A stretch of DNA of 41,228 nucleotides, counting the filler, from Chloroflexota bacterium (lineage in GTDB: Bacteria > Chloroflexota > Chloroflexia > QHBQ01): the NCBI GenBank assembly GCA_043754535.1. It is 2 parts of 2 records of this genome, joined end to end, with 100 filler letters (N's around TTAATTAATTAA, not from the genome) between each part and the next. Parts side by side here need not be neighbours in the genome. Positions count along the whole stretch, not along the records: positions 1 to 20,831 come from JAYUUN010000131.1; positions 20,932 to 41,228 come from JAYUUN010000132.1. One strand, written 5' to 3'. The position numbers and the translations under genes are program-made. The notes under the pieces are model-generated. The model was not told the origin of the DNA and searched no databases. It was given only the letters and a program-made list of their open reading frames with translations. Shown piece after piece: positions 19,882 through 29,272 of the stretch. Position 1 is the first letter of the stretch, and each line of letters opens with the position of its first letter.

Positions 19882-20831
19882 ATGCAGGAGCAAATAATAG
19901 TGAACGACAACTCTCCCAATCCCCCTGAAATCAACCCCGATTTGCTCACCGTTTACGGAGCGATGTGGTGTCCCGACTGTCGGCGCAGCAAGCAGTTCCT
20001 CGGCGAACAGCGGGTGCAGTACAACTGGGTTGACCTGGAAGCCTACCCCGCTGCGATGGAGACGGTGCGCGAACTTCAGCATGGTAGCCAAAGCATCCCC
20101 ACCCTGCGCTTCCCTGACGGCAGCGTGCTGGTCGAACCCTCCAATGCCGAGTTGGCGGCCAAGCTGGGCATCAACACGCGGGCGCAGTGTCCCTTCTACG
20201 ACGTGATCATGGTCGGCGGCGGCCCAGCAGGGCTAACCGCCGCCCTCTACCTCGCCCGCGATGGTTATAGCGCACTGGTGGTTGACAAGGCTGCTCCTGG
20301 TGGGCAGGCTGGCACTACAGAGCAGATCGATAACTACCCTGGCTTCGTAGACGGGATCAGTGGCGACCAGTTTGCCAAGAACGTGGTAGCCCAGGCCAAG
20401 CGGTTCGGGGTAGAAATGCTGGGGGCAACCAACATCGCGGCGATTGGCATCGAGGGCGAATACCGCACGATCCGCACTACCAGCGGTGACGAGTACAGCG
20501 CGCACGTCTTGCTGTTGGCGACCGGCAGCAACTACCGTCGCCTCGGCCTAAGTAATGAGGGTGACTATACAGGGGCGGGTGTGCATTATTGCGCCACCTG
20601 CGACGGCCCCTTCTACAAGGGTAAGCAAGTAGCGGTGGTCGGTGGCGGCAATAGCGCGACTGAGGAGAGTATCTTCCTGCTCCGCTTCGTAGACAAGGTG
20701 ACGATCCTGGTGCGCGGCGACCGCTTCACCGCCAGTAAGCTAGCTATAGACAAGGTGAACCGCCTGGTAGAGGAAGGCCGCATGGCAGTGCGCTTCAACA
20801 GCGAGGTGGCGGGCTTGCAGGGCAGCAAGCA
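19882..20831 (+). CDS. trxB: Thioredoxin reductase-like FAD/NAD(P)H oxidoreductase with N-terminal glutaredoxin/mycoredoxin domain (truncated by contig end)
   Basis: WCPDC...SIPTL glutaredoxin domain; GGGPAGLTAA, NYPGF, CATCDG, GGGNSA; alternative GTG start at 19900. Confidence 0.88.
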
Positions 20832-20931
20832 NNNNNNNNNNNNNNNNNNNNNNNNNNNNNNNNNNNNNNNNNNNNTTAATTAATTAANNNNNNNNNNNNN
20901 NNNNNNNNNNNNNNNNNNNNNNNNNNNNNNN
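20832..20931. other. Artificial contig-join linker / assembly gap
   Basis: 44 N + TTAATTAATTAA (stops in all six frames) + 44 N. Confidence 0.97.
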
Positions 20932-20962
20932 TTGACGACAGGGATAGGAACTTGTGGGTTGC

Positions 20963-21163
20963 TCAAGCAGATGGCTTGCGCCGCGCCGCCCACATTTGAG
21001 CGATCAGTGGCAGGCAGATGACTGCCAGTAGCCCCAGCAGCAGCGACTTAGCCGCCCAACCGAGGATGCCCCATCCCGCCACGCCACCCAGGTCTGCGAC
21101 CTGTACCACCAGACTGACCAGCGCGAACCCTTCGACGCTGACGACTGCCGCGAGGAGGATCAT
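20963..21163 (-). CDS. Small hydrophobic hypothetical protein
   Basis: 66-aa ORF starting 13 nt after the UDG stop; two hydrophobic segments and a basic tail. Confidence 0.4.
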   Translation of the reverse strand: MILLAAVVSVEGFALVSLVVQVADLGGVAGWGILGWAAKSLLLGLLAVICLPLIAQMWAARRKPSA

Positions 21164-21176
21164 AGTTTCGCCCCAG

Positions 21177-22592
21177 CTAGAAGAAGCTGAGTTGCCCATT
21201 ATCCTCTCCCTTCTCTTTCTCCTTCTCTTTCTTAGGCTTCTCCTTCTTCTCTTTCTGCTCCGTCACCTGCTCTGGCGCACCTTCGCTAGCCGCCAGCGTC
21301 TCCTTGCGCGGACGACCACGCCGCCCCTTTGCTGGCTGCTCCGCCTGCCCAGTGGTCGCGGTCAACTCGGCCCACTGCTCGTCACTGCTCTCCTCCGCCA
21401 GCATGGTCGCAGCGGGCGGGGCAGGAGAGTATCCCTGCTCCTCATTTGGCTCCGCATCCTCAGCGGCGATAGCTGGCAGCGGCTGGCTGTCCGTCTCCGC
21501 CGCCGTTGGTCCAGGGCCAGGCTGGGTGCGAGCGGCAGGGCGGCCCCGCTTCGGCTTCGCAGGCGCAGTTATGGCCGCAACTTCGGGTGCAGGCTCGCTC
21601 GTCGGCACGGGCAACGCTACCTCCTGCTCCTGCATCTCCACTGCTGCCGCCAAAGCCTGGGCGTTCACCTCGTCCACCTGGGCGATCTCGTCAGCGACAG
21701 CAGCTTCAGCGACCGCTGGGGAGACTACTGCTTCCTCGGCCAGCGTGTGATCCATTGGGGCCGGTGGCAGGTCGGGGGTGGGCGTGGCGTTGCGGTAGAG
21801 ATGATCGTCTGGCTCTATTGCTGGCTTGGCCGCCACCTGCTTGCGGCTGATCGGGCGACCGCGCTTGGCAGCAAGCGGCGCGGCGGCGACCGACTCGGCT
21901 ACCGCGGCTGACTCGGCCTCGGCGGTGGTAGCAAGCTCTGCCACTGGGCGGGCGGGCGGTGCTGTAATGGGTGGCAATGGCTCTGCGTGCAGGGTGCCAG
22001 CCTGGTGCTGCTCAAGGATGCCCTGGAGGGACAGGAAATCTGCCCTCAGCGCGTCCATCCAGGCGGGGGTACGCAGTGCTGCTGCCGGGTGGAACATCGG
22101 CACGTAGAGGATGCCACTCTGTGGGTCGAGGCGTGGTACGCCATGAACGAGGCTGATCCGTGCGCCAGGGAGATAGCGTTCCATAGCGAAGCGACCGAGG
22201 GTGATTACAATACGTGGATGAATAGCGGCGAACTGTGCTTCGAGGTAAGGGCGGCAGGTCTCCATCTCTTTGGGCTGCGGTTCGCGGTTCTGCGGCGGGC
22301 GGCACTTGACCATGTTGGTCACAAACACGTCCGCACGGCTGAGATTGATACTTGCCAGCAGCTTGTCTAGCAGCTTGCCACTATCACCAACAAAGGGCTG
22401 GCCCTCGCGATCCTCATGGTAGCCAGGGGCTTCACCGATGATCACGATCTCGGCCTGTGGGTTGCCGTTGCCAGGCACGGTGTTGGTGCGCGACTTGCTG
22501 AGAGGACATAGCACACAGGAGGCTACCTGCTTTGCTATCCCGTCCAGTTGTGCCTCTACGCTGCCGCTCTTTGCTCTGCCAGGGGTTGTCAT
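21177..22592 (-). CDS. Uracil-DNA glycosylase family 4 with long disordered C-terminal tail
   Basis: CVLCPL (4Fe-4S), GEAPG, PFVG, KCRPPQNR, FHPAAALR; tail ends in QLSFF. Confidence 0.93.
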   Translation of the reverse strand: MTTPGRAKSGSVEAQLDGIAKQVASCVLCPLSKSRTNTVPGNGNPQAEIVIIGEAPGYHEDREGQPFVGDSGKLLDKLLASINLSRADVFVTNMVKCRPPQNREPQPKEMETCRPYLEAQFAAIHPRIVITLGRFAMERYLPGARISLVHGVPRLDPQSGILYVPMFHPAAALRTPAWMDALRADFLSLQGILEQHQAGTLHAEPLPPITAPPARPVAELATTAEAESAAVAESVAAAPLAAKRGRPISRKQVAAKPAIEPDDHLYRNATPTPDLPPAPMDHTLAEEAVVSPAVAEAAVADEIAQVDEVNAQALAAAVEMQEQEVALPVPTSEPAPEVAAITAPAKPKRGRPAARTQPGPGPTAAETDSQPLPAIAAEDAEPNEEQGYSPAPPAATMLAEESSDEQWAELTATTGQAEQPAKGRRGRPRKETLAASEGAPEQVTEQKEKKEKPKKEKEKEKGEDNGQLSFF

Positions 22593-22735
22593 TGGCTGAT
22601 CCAATTCTGCATTATGTCTAATTATAACATAATGTGGAGCAAAGCGTAAAAAGCAGCCAGTGGCGCAGAGCCAGCAGATTGGCACAAGGGGCTATCAGCG
22701 GGCTGTTGCCGCAGAGTGCTGCCTGCTGGCAGAGC

Positions 22736-22767
22736 AAAAAGCCCTCCCCACTGTACTGGAGGAGGGC
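22736..22767 (-). terminator. Intrinsic terminator after the two small minus-strand genes
   Basis: GCCCTCCTCCAGTACAGTGGGGAGGGC-TTTTT on the minus strand. Confidence 0.75.
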
Positions 22768-22779
22768 CGCTCATCTTCG

Positions 22780-23100
22780 TTAGTGCTGGTTAGAGCCGCC
22801 GCCGAGGTTGCCACCTTCAGCCAGCCCGCCGCTAGAGCCGCTATTGCTGCTGCCTGTCATCGTGCTGGGGTTAGTGCTGACTCCGCCAGTAGTGCTGCCA
22901 ATCTGGCTGCCCGCCAAATCGTCGCCAGCTTTGTCGGCTGCTGTGCCACTCAAGCCGCTAGTGCCAGGATTGCTGCCTGTGCTACCATAAGTCTGGTTGG
23001 GCAGGCTCTCTACCCCACCTGCATCGCTGAGGCCAGCAGCAGCGGAGTCGTAGCCGCCAACGCTGCCGCCCTCGTTGGTCTGGTTCTGTGTATCATCCAT
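22780..23100 (-). CDS. Gly/Ser/Thr-rich hydrophilic (hydrophilin-like) protein
   Basis: ATG 1 nt after the upstream stop; low-complexity G/S/T/N composition; followed by a terminator. Confidence 0.7.
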   Translation of the reverse strand: MDDTQNQTNEGGSVGGYDSAAAGLSDAGGVESLPNQTYGSTGSNPGTSGLSGTAADKAGDDLAGSQIGSTTGGVSTNPSTMTGSSNSGSSGGLAEGGNLGGGSNQH

Positions 23101-23101
23101 A

Positions 23102-23446
23102 TTACTGTCTAGCACCACCGTCGTGGGGGCCATGACCAACCTTGCCTTCTGGCCCAGTCTCGTGTTGCAGGCGACGGCTGAGATGGTTCTTCAACTCCTG
23201 GGCCATCTGCATATCTAGAGCCTTGAACCGCTGCCACATCTCCTGCGCATCGCTGTCGCTGTCATCCTGAACGTACTTGTCGTAACGCCACAGACCCTCG
23301 ACCTTGTTGGAGAGGGCGGAAATCATGTTGTAGGTAGCATCAGTTAGGGGGCTGTCATCGCCATGCGTAGAACTGGCCTGCGCGCCTCCGCTAATACCCT
23401 TGCTCTGGCTCATGCCAGCCTGATTGTTGCCTTCCAAAGCTGCCAT
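23102..23446 (-). CDS. Small helical hypothetical protein (ferritin-like half fold suspected)
   Basis: AGGAG Shine-Dalgarno; TYNMISAL...GLWRYDKYVQD...EMWQRFK...AQELKNHL two-helix pattern. Confidence 0.75.
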   Translation of the reverse strand: MAALEGNNQAGMSQSKGISGGAQASSTHGDDSPLTDATYNMISALSNKVEGLWRYDKYVQDDSDSDAQEMWQRFKALDMQMAQELKNHLSRRLQHETGPEGKVGHGPHDGGARQ

Positions 23447-23517
23447 CTGTGTTCTCCTTTTTACATCTCGATTGCGATTGAACCCTTGTCCTGGCACTCG
23501 GTGCTAGCTTGAGTTAA

Positions 23518-23533
23518 AGCAGAATCGGTGCCA
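23518..23533 (-). promoter_or_regulatory. Putative sigma-54-type -24/-12 promoter
   Basis: TGGCACCGATTCTGCT (GG-N10-GC) on the minus strand, about 70 nt upstream of the 23446 start. Confidence 0.6.
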
Positions 23534-23600
23534 ATAGCCTGATCCCAGCAGTTGCCACAGGCTGGTCGCCAGTGGTAGAATGATAGGGAGGAGAACCGCG

Positions 23601-23957
23601 ATGAACAACAGTACGCTGATTGGGTTGTTGTTGGCTGGCACACTGTTGGTTGGTGGGTTCGCCATCTGGTGGCCCAACCGTCGTCGCCTGTTCCAGATCA
23701 AGCTGTGGACCATAGCCCGCTTCTTCCTACTGCTCACTCTCGATTTTGCCGCCTTGCTGCTGCTGGCTAATGCACTCGGTGGGGCTGGTAGCTGGCCGGG
23801 TTGGTTGGCCCTGCTGCTGACGCTGGCGGGCTTTAGCCTCGTCGTCGCCAGCATCGGCGGCCTGTTTGGGTACTGGTTGATGCACACCGACATCAACGAC
23901 ATCCCTGGCGAGAAGCACCAGCCGAGCAACGACGACCGCTCCTTCCCCGACTACTAG
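23601..23957 (+). CDS. Hypothetical membrane protein (3 TM helices)
   Basis: GGGAGGAG Shine-Dalgarno; three hydrophobic helices. Confidence 0.7.
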   Translation: MNNSTLIGLLLAGTLLVGGFAIWWPNRRRLFQIKLWTIARFFLLLTLDFAALLLLANALGGAGSWPGWLALLLTLAGFSLVVASIGGLFGYWLMHTDINDIPGEKHQPSNDDRSFPDY

Positions 23958-23984
23958 CCCCGACACCTACCACCCTCAAGCCAG

Positions 23985-24662
23985 CTACTTTACCCGCACC
24001 GCGAAGGCGTAGAGGGCGGAGCCGCTGCGTGCGCCCAGCGGCCAGTTGCTGGGGAACAGCAGGATGTAGTCGCCTGGTGGCAAGTCCACCGCATAGCGCA
24101 GGTTGACGCTGGCGGTCAGGTCGGCATGGGCGACCACTTGGCCGCGCCCATAGAAGTAGTAGTGACCAGCATCATCGTACTCGCCAACGCGCTCTGGATC
24201 GCTGGGGAAACGGTAGGCGTTGATCGCAGCGGTGCTAGCGGCGAGGCCAAAGCTGTTGCTGATCGTCAGGCTCTCGCCCACGGCCACCTCCAGCGTGGGG
24301 GTCGGCACGCGACTACCGAGGCGGTTAATACAGCCCTTTGTCCAACAGAACGGCCCAACATTGCCACGCTGGGTACCAGCCTTGCCGCTGAGAAAGACAC
24401 GGGGGGGATTGCCCGTGTCCGGGAGCGTCACGTTCGGCAGCTTACCCAGCGCATTGGTCGGGCTAGCAGGCAAGGGCAGCACAGGGCTGGGCGTGGTAGT
24501 AGAGGAAGACGTGCTGTTCGCCAGCGGGGTTAGCAGCAGGGGGCCACTGATTGTCGGAGCAGTAGGGCTAGCCGGAGCAGGCGGGCTGTCGTCGCAGGCG
24601 GTGAGGGTGAGCAGCAGACTAATTGCTAGTAGGAGTGTCAGTTTGTGGGTTAGATAACTCAT
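23985..24662 (-). CDS. Hypothetical lipoprotein
   Basis: Signal peptide with lipobox LTA-C, Pro/Thr/Ser linker, beta-rich domain. Confidence 0.75.
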   Translation of the reverse strand: MSYLTHKLTLLLAISLLLTLTACDDSPPAPASPTAPTISGPLLLTPLANSTSSSTTTPSPVLPLPASPTNALGKLPNVTLPDTGNPPRVFLSGKAGTQRGNVGPFCWTKGCINRLGSRVPTPTLEVAVGESLTISNSFGLAASTAAINAYRFPSDPERVGEYDDAGHYYFYGRGQVVAHADLTASVNLRYAVDLPPGDYILLFPSNWPLGARSGSALYAFAVRVK

Positions 24663-24729
24663 GCCCTGATTCTACCCTACTTTGCGCCTAGCGGCAAATT
24701 GGGGGCGGTTATGCGGCGTTGGCAGTTGC

Positions 24730-25848
24730 TCAGAGGGCTAGCATCAACCCCTCCAGCACCAGGCGGGGGTTGACATTGCTATCAAGCTGGCTGTGGGCGG
24801 TGCGGATGGCAGCAAGCAAGGCCAAGCAGCGGGCAGGGTCGAGCCTAGCCGCCTGCTCCTGCAAAGCAACACGGCGGTCGAGGTTCGTCACCAGCCCCAG
24901 CTGGCCGCTGTTGGTCAGCAGGAGATCGCGACACCAGCCCTGCCAGAGGTCGAGGGCAGCGTAGACGCTGGCCCGGCCCAGCAGCCCCTTGCCGTAGTCG
25001 GTCGCCAGTTTTGCGGCGTAGGCAAAGCGAGTAGCTAGCGACACAGCAGCCTTCGTCAGCCCGATGATCGCTGTCAATTGCTCGTCGCGCTCGGCAAGAG
25101 CAGCAGTGGGGTTGCTGGCCGCCTCTATCGCCCAACCCGCCCGCCCTTCGCTGAGGGCCGCCAGCAGGTCAGCTTGCTCTGCCACCACCTTGCGCTGCAC
25201 CAGGGCAGCAGCAACTTCAGCGCGAGGAACGGGACGTAGGCTAAGTAGCTGGCAGCGCGAGCGGATTGTCGCCAGCACCGACCCCTCATTTGGAGCAAGC
25301 AGGACGATCACGGCCCAGCGGGGTGGCTCCTCTAGCGTCTTGAGCAGAGCGTTGGCCGCTTCGTCGCGCATAGTCTCTGCGCCCGCGATGATCGCCAGCT
25401 TGTAGGGTGCCTCGTAGGGGCGACTGGTTAGCTGATCGCGAATCTCGCGGCTGGTGTCCACAATGATCGCCCGCTCGGAGATCGTGCTGCGGCTGTACTT
25501 ACTACCCTCAAGGAAGGCCCTCTGGTTGGCAGGGTCAACGTACATCACGTCAGGGTGCTGGTCGCGGGCGATGCGCAAGCAGGAAGGACAGGCAGCGCAA
25601 GGGGCGAGGCGGATCGCTTGACCGACAGGGGGCGCACTCTGGCAGTTGAGCGTCTGGGCAAAGGCGCGGGCCAGCGTCTGCTTGCCGACTTGTGGAGGGC
25701 CAACAATCAGGTAGGCGTGGGCCACGTGGCCGCTGGCAAGCGCGTGCTGCAAGCTGCTGACCGCCCGTTGGTGTCCAACGAGCGGCCAGGGAGGATTGGC
25801 ATTGGCGGGCAGGCTACTCGCTGATCCAGGGTTCGTTGCTGCGCTCAT
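24730..25848 (-). CDS. holB: DNA polymerase III subunit delta'
   Basis: HAYLIVGPPQVGK, zinc motif C..CAACPSC, HPDV, AANALLKTLEEPP, TIRSRCQ; start uncertain (overlaps the ndk 3' end). Confidence 0.92.
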   Translation of the reverse strand: MSAATNPGSASSLPANANPPWPLVGHQRAVSSLQHALASGHVAHAYLIVGPPQVGKQTLARAFAQTLNCQSAPPVGQAIRLAPCAACPSCLRIARDQHPDVMYVDPANQRAFLEGSKYSRSTISERAIIVDTSREIRDQLTSRPYEAPYKLAIIAGAETMRDEAANALLKTLEEPPRWAVIVLLAPNEGSVLATIRSRCQLLSLRPVPRAEVAAALVQRKVVAEQADLLAALSEGRAGWAIEAASNPTAALAERDEQLTAIIGLTKAAVSLATRFAYAAKLATDYGKGLLGRASVYAALDLWQGWCRDLLLTNSGQLGLVTNLDRRVALQEQAARLDPARCLALLAAIRTAHSQLDSNVNPRLVLEGLMLAL

Positions 25849-26263
25849 AGCTGACAAGCTCATCTTCCTTAAAGAAGTTGGCGATCTCGGCCAAGCCGTT
25901 CTCTGGCGAGTCGGAGGCGTGGATCAGATTGCGGCCAATCTCCACCGCAAGGTCGCCGCGGATGGTGCCAGGGGCAGAGTTGAGCGGGTTGGTTGCGCCA
26001 ACCGTATTGCGAACCAGTTGGATGGCATTCTTCCCTTCGAGGGCAAAGGCAAGCACAGGGCCAGAAGTGATGTACTGCACCAGCCCCGCGTAGAAGGGTT
26101 TGCCCTCGTGCGCAGCATAGTGGAGGCTGGCGAGTTCGGGGCTGATCTGCATGAAGCGGGCAGCGATGATCTTCAGCCCGCGCTGCTCAAGGCGGCTGAG
26201 GATAGTACCGGTCAGGCCGCGCTGTACACCGTCGGGCTTGACAATAACCAGTGTGCGTTCCAA
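25814..26263 (-). CDS. ndk: Nucleoside diphosphate kinase
   Basis: ERTLVIVKPDGVQRGL, PGTIRGD, NLIHASDS; TTG start after AAGGAG. Confidence 0.97.
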   Translation of the reverse strand: MERTLVIVKPDGVQRGLTGTILSRLEQRGLKIIAARFMQISPELASLHYAAHEGKPFYAGLVQYITSGPVLAFALEGKNAIQLVRNTVGATNPLNSAPGTIRGDLAVEIGRNLIHASDSPENGLAEIANFFKEDELVSYERSNEPWISE

Positions 26264-26467
26264 AACTGACTGCTCTCCTTCGTGGGGGGCGGGTAGGTCG
26301 GGCCACATGGGGTGGCGTGGCTAATTATACACGGCTGAGCGGGAGCGGGCAAGGGGCAGGGCGCAAAGTAACTCCGCGGCTGGGTGCAGCCACAAGAAGG
26401 GGATGCCACCTTGCGGTTGCACCCCCAGGTTGGAGACAGAGGCCGCTACCCTCACCAACGGTATGGT

Positions 26468-27796
26468 TTACGGGTAGAGACCGCGCAGGGTGGTGGCCTC
26501 GGCGACGCGGCCAACCGCCAGTACGTAGGCAGCAGTTCGCATATCAAGATCGCGCTCAGTGGCAATGCTGTACACATCGTTGAAGCTGCGGGTCATGATC
26601 CCTTCCAGCTTGTTGTTTACGTCGCTTTCTACCCAGAAGAACGACTGCATAGCCTGCACCCACTCGAAGTAGCTGACGGTTACGCCGCCCGCGTTAGCGA
26701 GGATGTCGGGGATGAGCAGGATGCCACGTTCGCGGAAGATGCGGTCGGCCTCTGGGGTAGTTGGGCCGTTCGCCCCTTCAACGATCAGCTTTGCCTTAAC
26801 CTCACCCGCGTTCTGGCCGGTGAGCTGGTTCTCCAGAGCAGCGGGAACGAGAATGTCGCAGTCGAGGGTAAGCAGTTCGTCGTTGCTGATGCGGTCACCC
26901 TCGGTGTACTCCTTGAGGCTACCATGTTCCTGGGCGAAGCGGATCAGCGTAGGGATGTCCAGGCCGCTTTTATTGTAGAGTGCGCCATAAACGTCGCTGA
27001 CGGCGATCACCTTGCAACCGTCCTGGTGCAGTAGCTTGGCACTGATCGAGCCGACGTTGCCGAAGCCCTGCACTACAGTACGCGCCCCGTTGAGGTCGAG
27101 GCTGATGGTGCGGGCTGCCTCACGGGTGACGAACTGCACGCCGCGCCCGGTTGCCTCGTTGCGGCCAGCGGAGCCACCAACAGCCAGCGGCTTACCAGTG
27201 ACCACAGCAGGGATGCTGTGGCCCTTGTGCATCGAGTAGGTGTCCATCATCCAGGCCATAGTCTGGGCGTTGGTGTTCACATCCGGGGCGGGGATGTCCT
27301 CGTAGGGGCCGATGATGATCGAGATTTCGGTGGTAAAGCGGCGGGTTAGCCCCTCTACTTCGCGCAGGCTGAGGTCACGCGGGTCAACGATTACCCCACC
27401 TTTGCCGCCGCCATAGGGGATGTTGACGGTAGCACACTTCCAGGTCATCCACATTGCGAGGGCGCGCACCTCGTCAATGTCTACATCCTGGTGGTAGCGG
27501 ATGCCGCCCTTCGCTGGGCCACGTGCGATGTTGTGCTGCACCCGGTAGCCAGTGAAAACCTCGATATCACCGTTGTCCAGGCGCACGGGGAAGTTAACAG
27601 TCAGTTCACGGTGTGGCTTGGTGAGAACCTTCCGCAAGCCCACGTTCAAGCCCAGTTCGTCGGCGGCAGTATTAAATTGCTCGACGGCTACTTCGTAAGG
27701 ATTGCGCTTACCTTGCTGCGAGTTCTTTGGCGCAGTAGCAACGCTGCTACCAGCGTGTTGTTCGGTCGGCACTGCTTGGTGATCCTCCTTGATCAT
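26468..27796 (-). CDS. gdhA: Glutamate dehydrogenase (Glu/Leu/Phe/Val dehydrogenase family)
   Basis: GPAKGGIRY, GGGKGG, PAPDVNT, QGFGNVG, EGANGP, NAGGVTVSYFEW. Confidence 0.95.
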   Translation of the reverse strand: MIKEDHQAVPTEQHAGSSVATAPKNSQQGKRNPYEVAVEQFNTAADELGLNVGLRKVLTKPHRELTVNFPVRLDNGDIEVFTGYRVQHNIARGPAKGGIRYHQDVDIDEVRALAMWMTWKCATVNIPYGGGKGGVIVDPRDLSLREVEGLTRRFTTEISIIIGPYEDIPAPDVNTNAQTMAWMMDTYSMHKGHSIPAVVTGKPLAVGGSAGRNEATGRGVQFVTREAARTISLDLNGARTVVQGFGNVGSISAKLLHQDGCKVIAVSDVYGALYNKSGLDIPTLIRFAQEHGSLKEYTEGDRISNDELLTLDCDILVPAALENQLTGQNAGEVKAKLIVEGANGPTTPEADRIFRERGILLIPDILANAGGVTVSYFEWVQAMQSFFWVESDVNNKLEGIMTRSFNDVYSIATERDLDMRTAAYVLAVGRVAEATTLRGLYP

Positions 27797-27922
27797 GATT
27801 CGCGGCCCTTAATATGGTGGCAACGACTCTTCTTTGAGCCAGGTCAGTATAACCCTTTTCGCAGCGGTAAGCAAGCCGCCTGCTGCTGCCCACGCCCACC
27901 AACATCGCTGGCCCAGCCTGCT

Positions 27923-29182
27923 CTAGCGGCTGGATGCGCTGACCAGCACCCCCCCCTTCAATACCGCCGCCACCACCTCGTTGCCAAACTGATAGGCCAG
28001 CGACAGATAGCTCGGCGCATCCAGCAGCACCAGGTCTGCCCACTTGCCGACCTCAATGCTGCCAATTTCCACCGCCAACTCCAGGGCGTAGGCAGCATTG
28101 AGGGTGGCGGCAGTGAGAGCCTCCGCTGGGCTAAGGCGCATCTGCGTGCAAGCCAGGCTGATCACCAGTGGCAACGACTCGCAGGGGCAGGTGCCAGGAT
28201 TGCAGTCGCTAGCCAGCGCAATCGGCAGCCCCCCCTCTACCATACGGCGGGCGGGGGCGTAGTCACGTAGGCCGAGGCCATAGGGTGTACCAGGGGCCAG
28301 CACTGCCACGCAACCGCTCTCGCGCAGTTCCACAATCTCTGCGTTAGAGAGCAGCAACAGGTGGTCAGCAGAGACCGCCCCCACCTCAGCCGCGAGGCTT
28401 GCCGCTCCAATGTTAGCGAACTCATTGGCGTGCAGGCGGGGGCGTAGGCCCAGTTCGCGTGCTGCCAGCAGAATACGGCGGCTCTGGGCCACATCGAAAG
28501 CCCCCACGTCGCAGAACACATCGCAGTAGACCGCCAACCCCTCTGCCGCCACCGCTGGTAGCATCTCCGCCACGATCAAGTCAACGTACTGCTCGGCTCG
28601 CCCCTTGTGCGTGCGGGGTATGGCGTGCGCGCCGAGAAAGGTAGGGACAATGCGCGGCAAGGTTGCATCCGCCCCAAGATCGCGCAAGATACGTAGGCAG
28701 CGTAGCTCATCGGCCAGGCTTAGCCCGTAGCCGCTCTTTACCTCGACAGTAGTGGTGCCGTGTTCCAACATTCGGCGCAGGCGGGCGCGGGTAGTCTCGC
28801 GCAAGGCATGATCACTGGTGGCGCGGGTAGCCTGCACTGTGGCCTCGATCCCGCCACCCGCTGCCATGATCTCAAGGTAGCTAGCCCCAGCCAGGCGCAG
28901 AGCGAACTCGGCGGCGCGGTCGCCTGCGTAGAGAGCATGGGTGTGCGCGTCACACCAGCCGGGGACGAGCGTCTTGCCCGTGCCATCCAGCCGTTCAGCC
29001 TCGCGGTAGTCGCCCAACAGGTCGGAGCTACTACCCACTGCCACAATCCGCCCGCCTGCAATCGCCACTGCTGCGTCAGCCAGCAACCACACCGCCCCTT
29101 GTTGCGGGCCAGCAGCAGGTTGCCCCGTGTCTAGCGGGGTGGCTAGCTGGGCCAGACTGTGGATCAGCAGGTCTGCCTTCAT
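27923..29182 (-). CDS. hutI: Imidazolonepropionase
   Basis: DAHTHALYAGDRAAEF, GGGI, EVKSGYGL, GAHA, DVFCD, LASDCNPG. Confidence 0.95.
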   Translation of the reverse strand: MKADLLIHSLAQLATPLDTGQPAAGPQQGAVWLLADAAVAIAGGRIVAVGSSSDLLGDYREAERLDGTGKTLVPGWCDAHTHALYAGDRAAEFALRLAGASYLEIMAAGGGIEATVQATRATSDHALRETTRARLRRMLEHGTTTVEVKSGYGLSLADELRCLRILRDLGADATLPRIVPTFLGAHAIPRTHKGRAEQYVDLIVAEMLPAVAAEGLAVYCDVFCDVGAFDVAQSRRILLAARELGLRPRLHANEFANIGAASLAAEVGAVSADHLLLLSNAEIVELRESGCVAVLAPGTPYGLGLRDYAPARRMVEGGLPIALASDCNPGTCPCESLPLVISLACTQMRLSPAEALTAATLNAAYALELAVEIGSIEVGKWADLVLLDAPSYLSLAYQFGNEVVAAVLKGGVLVSASSR

Positions 29183-29272
29183 CCTTGCCTCCGCGAGTTG
29201 GTTTCTGCTAGCTCAGAGACAGTAGCCGCTGCTCAAGTTGGCATCTTCGCCTGCCTGTTTAGCCACAACTAC

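Noticed and set aside
20832..20931. TTAATTAATTAA palindrome inside an N-run
   Set aside because: Artificial six-frame-stop linker joining contigs; not biological, and adjacency across it is unreliable
21018..21911. 297-aa plus-strand ORF and other long antisense ORFs (e.g. 3076-3900, 18653-19492, 32811-33623, 38720-39457)
   Set aside because: Shadow frames of well-supported genes in GC-rich DNA; no motifs or ribosome-binding sites
22611..22633. Deinococcus RDRM (DdrO) box upstream of UDG
   Set aside because: Half-sites look similar, but the spacing is longer than the 17-bp RDRM
18686..25848. Apparent clustering of holA, clamp-motif UDG and holB as a replication locus
   Set aside because: holA lies on the other side of the contig join, so the linkage cannot be trusted
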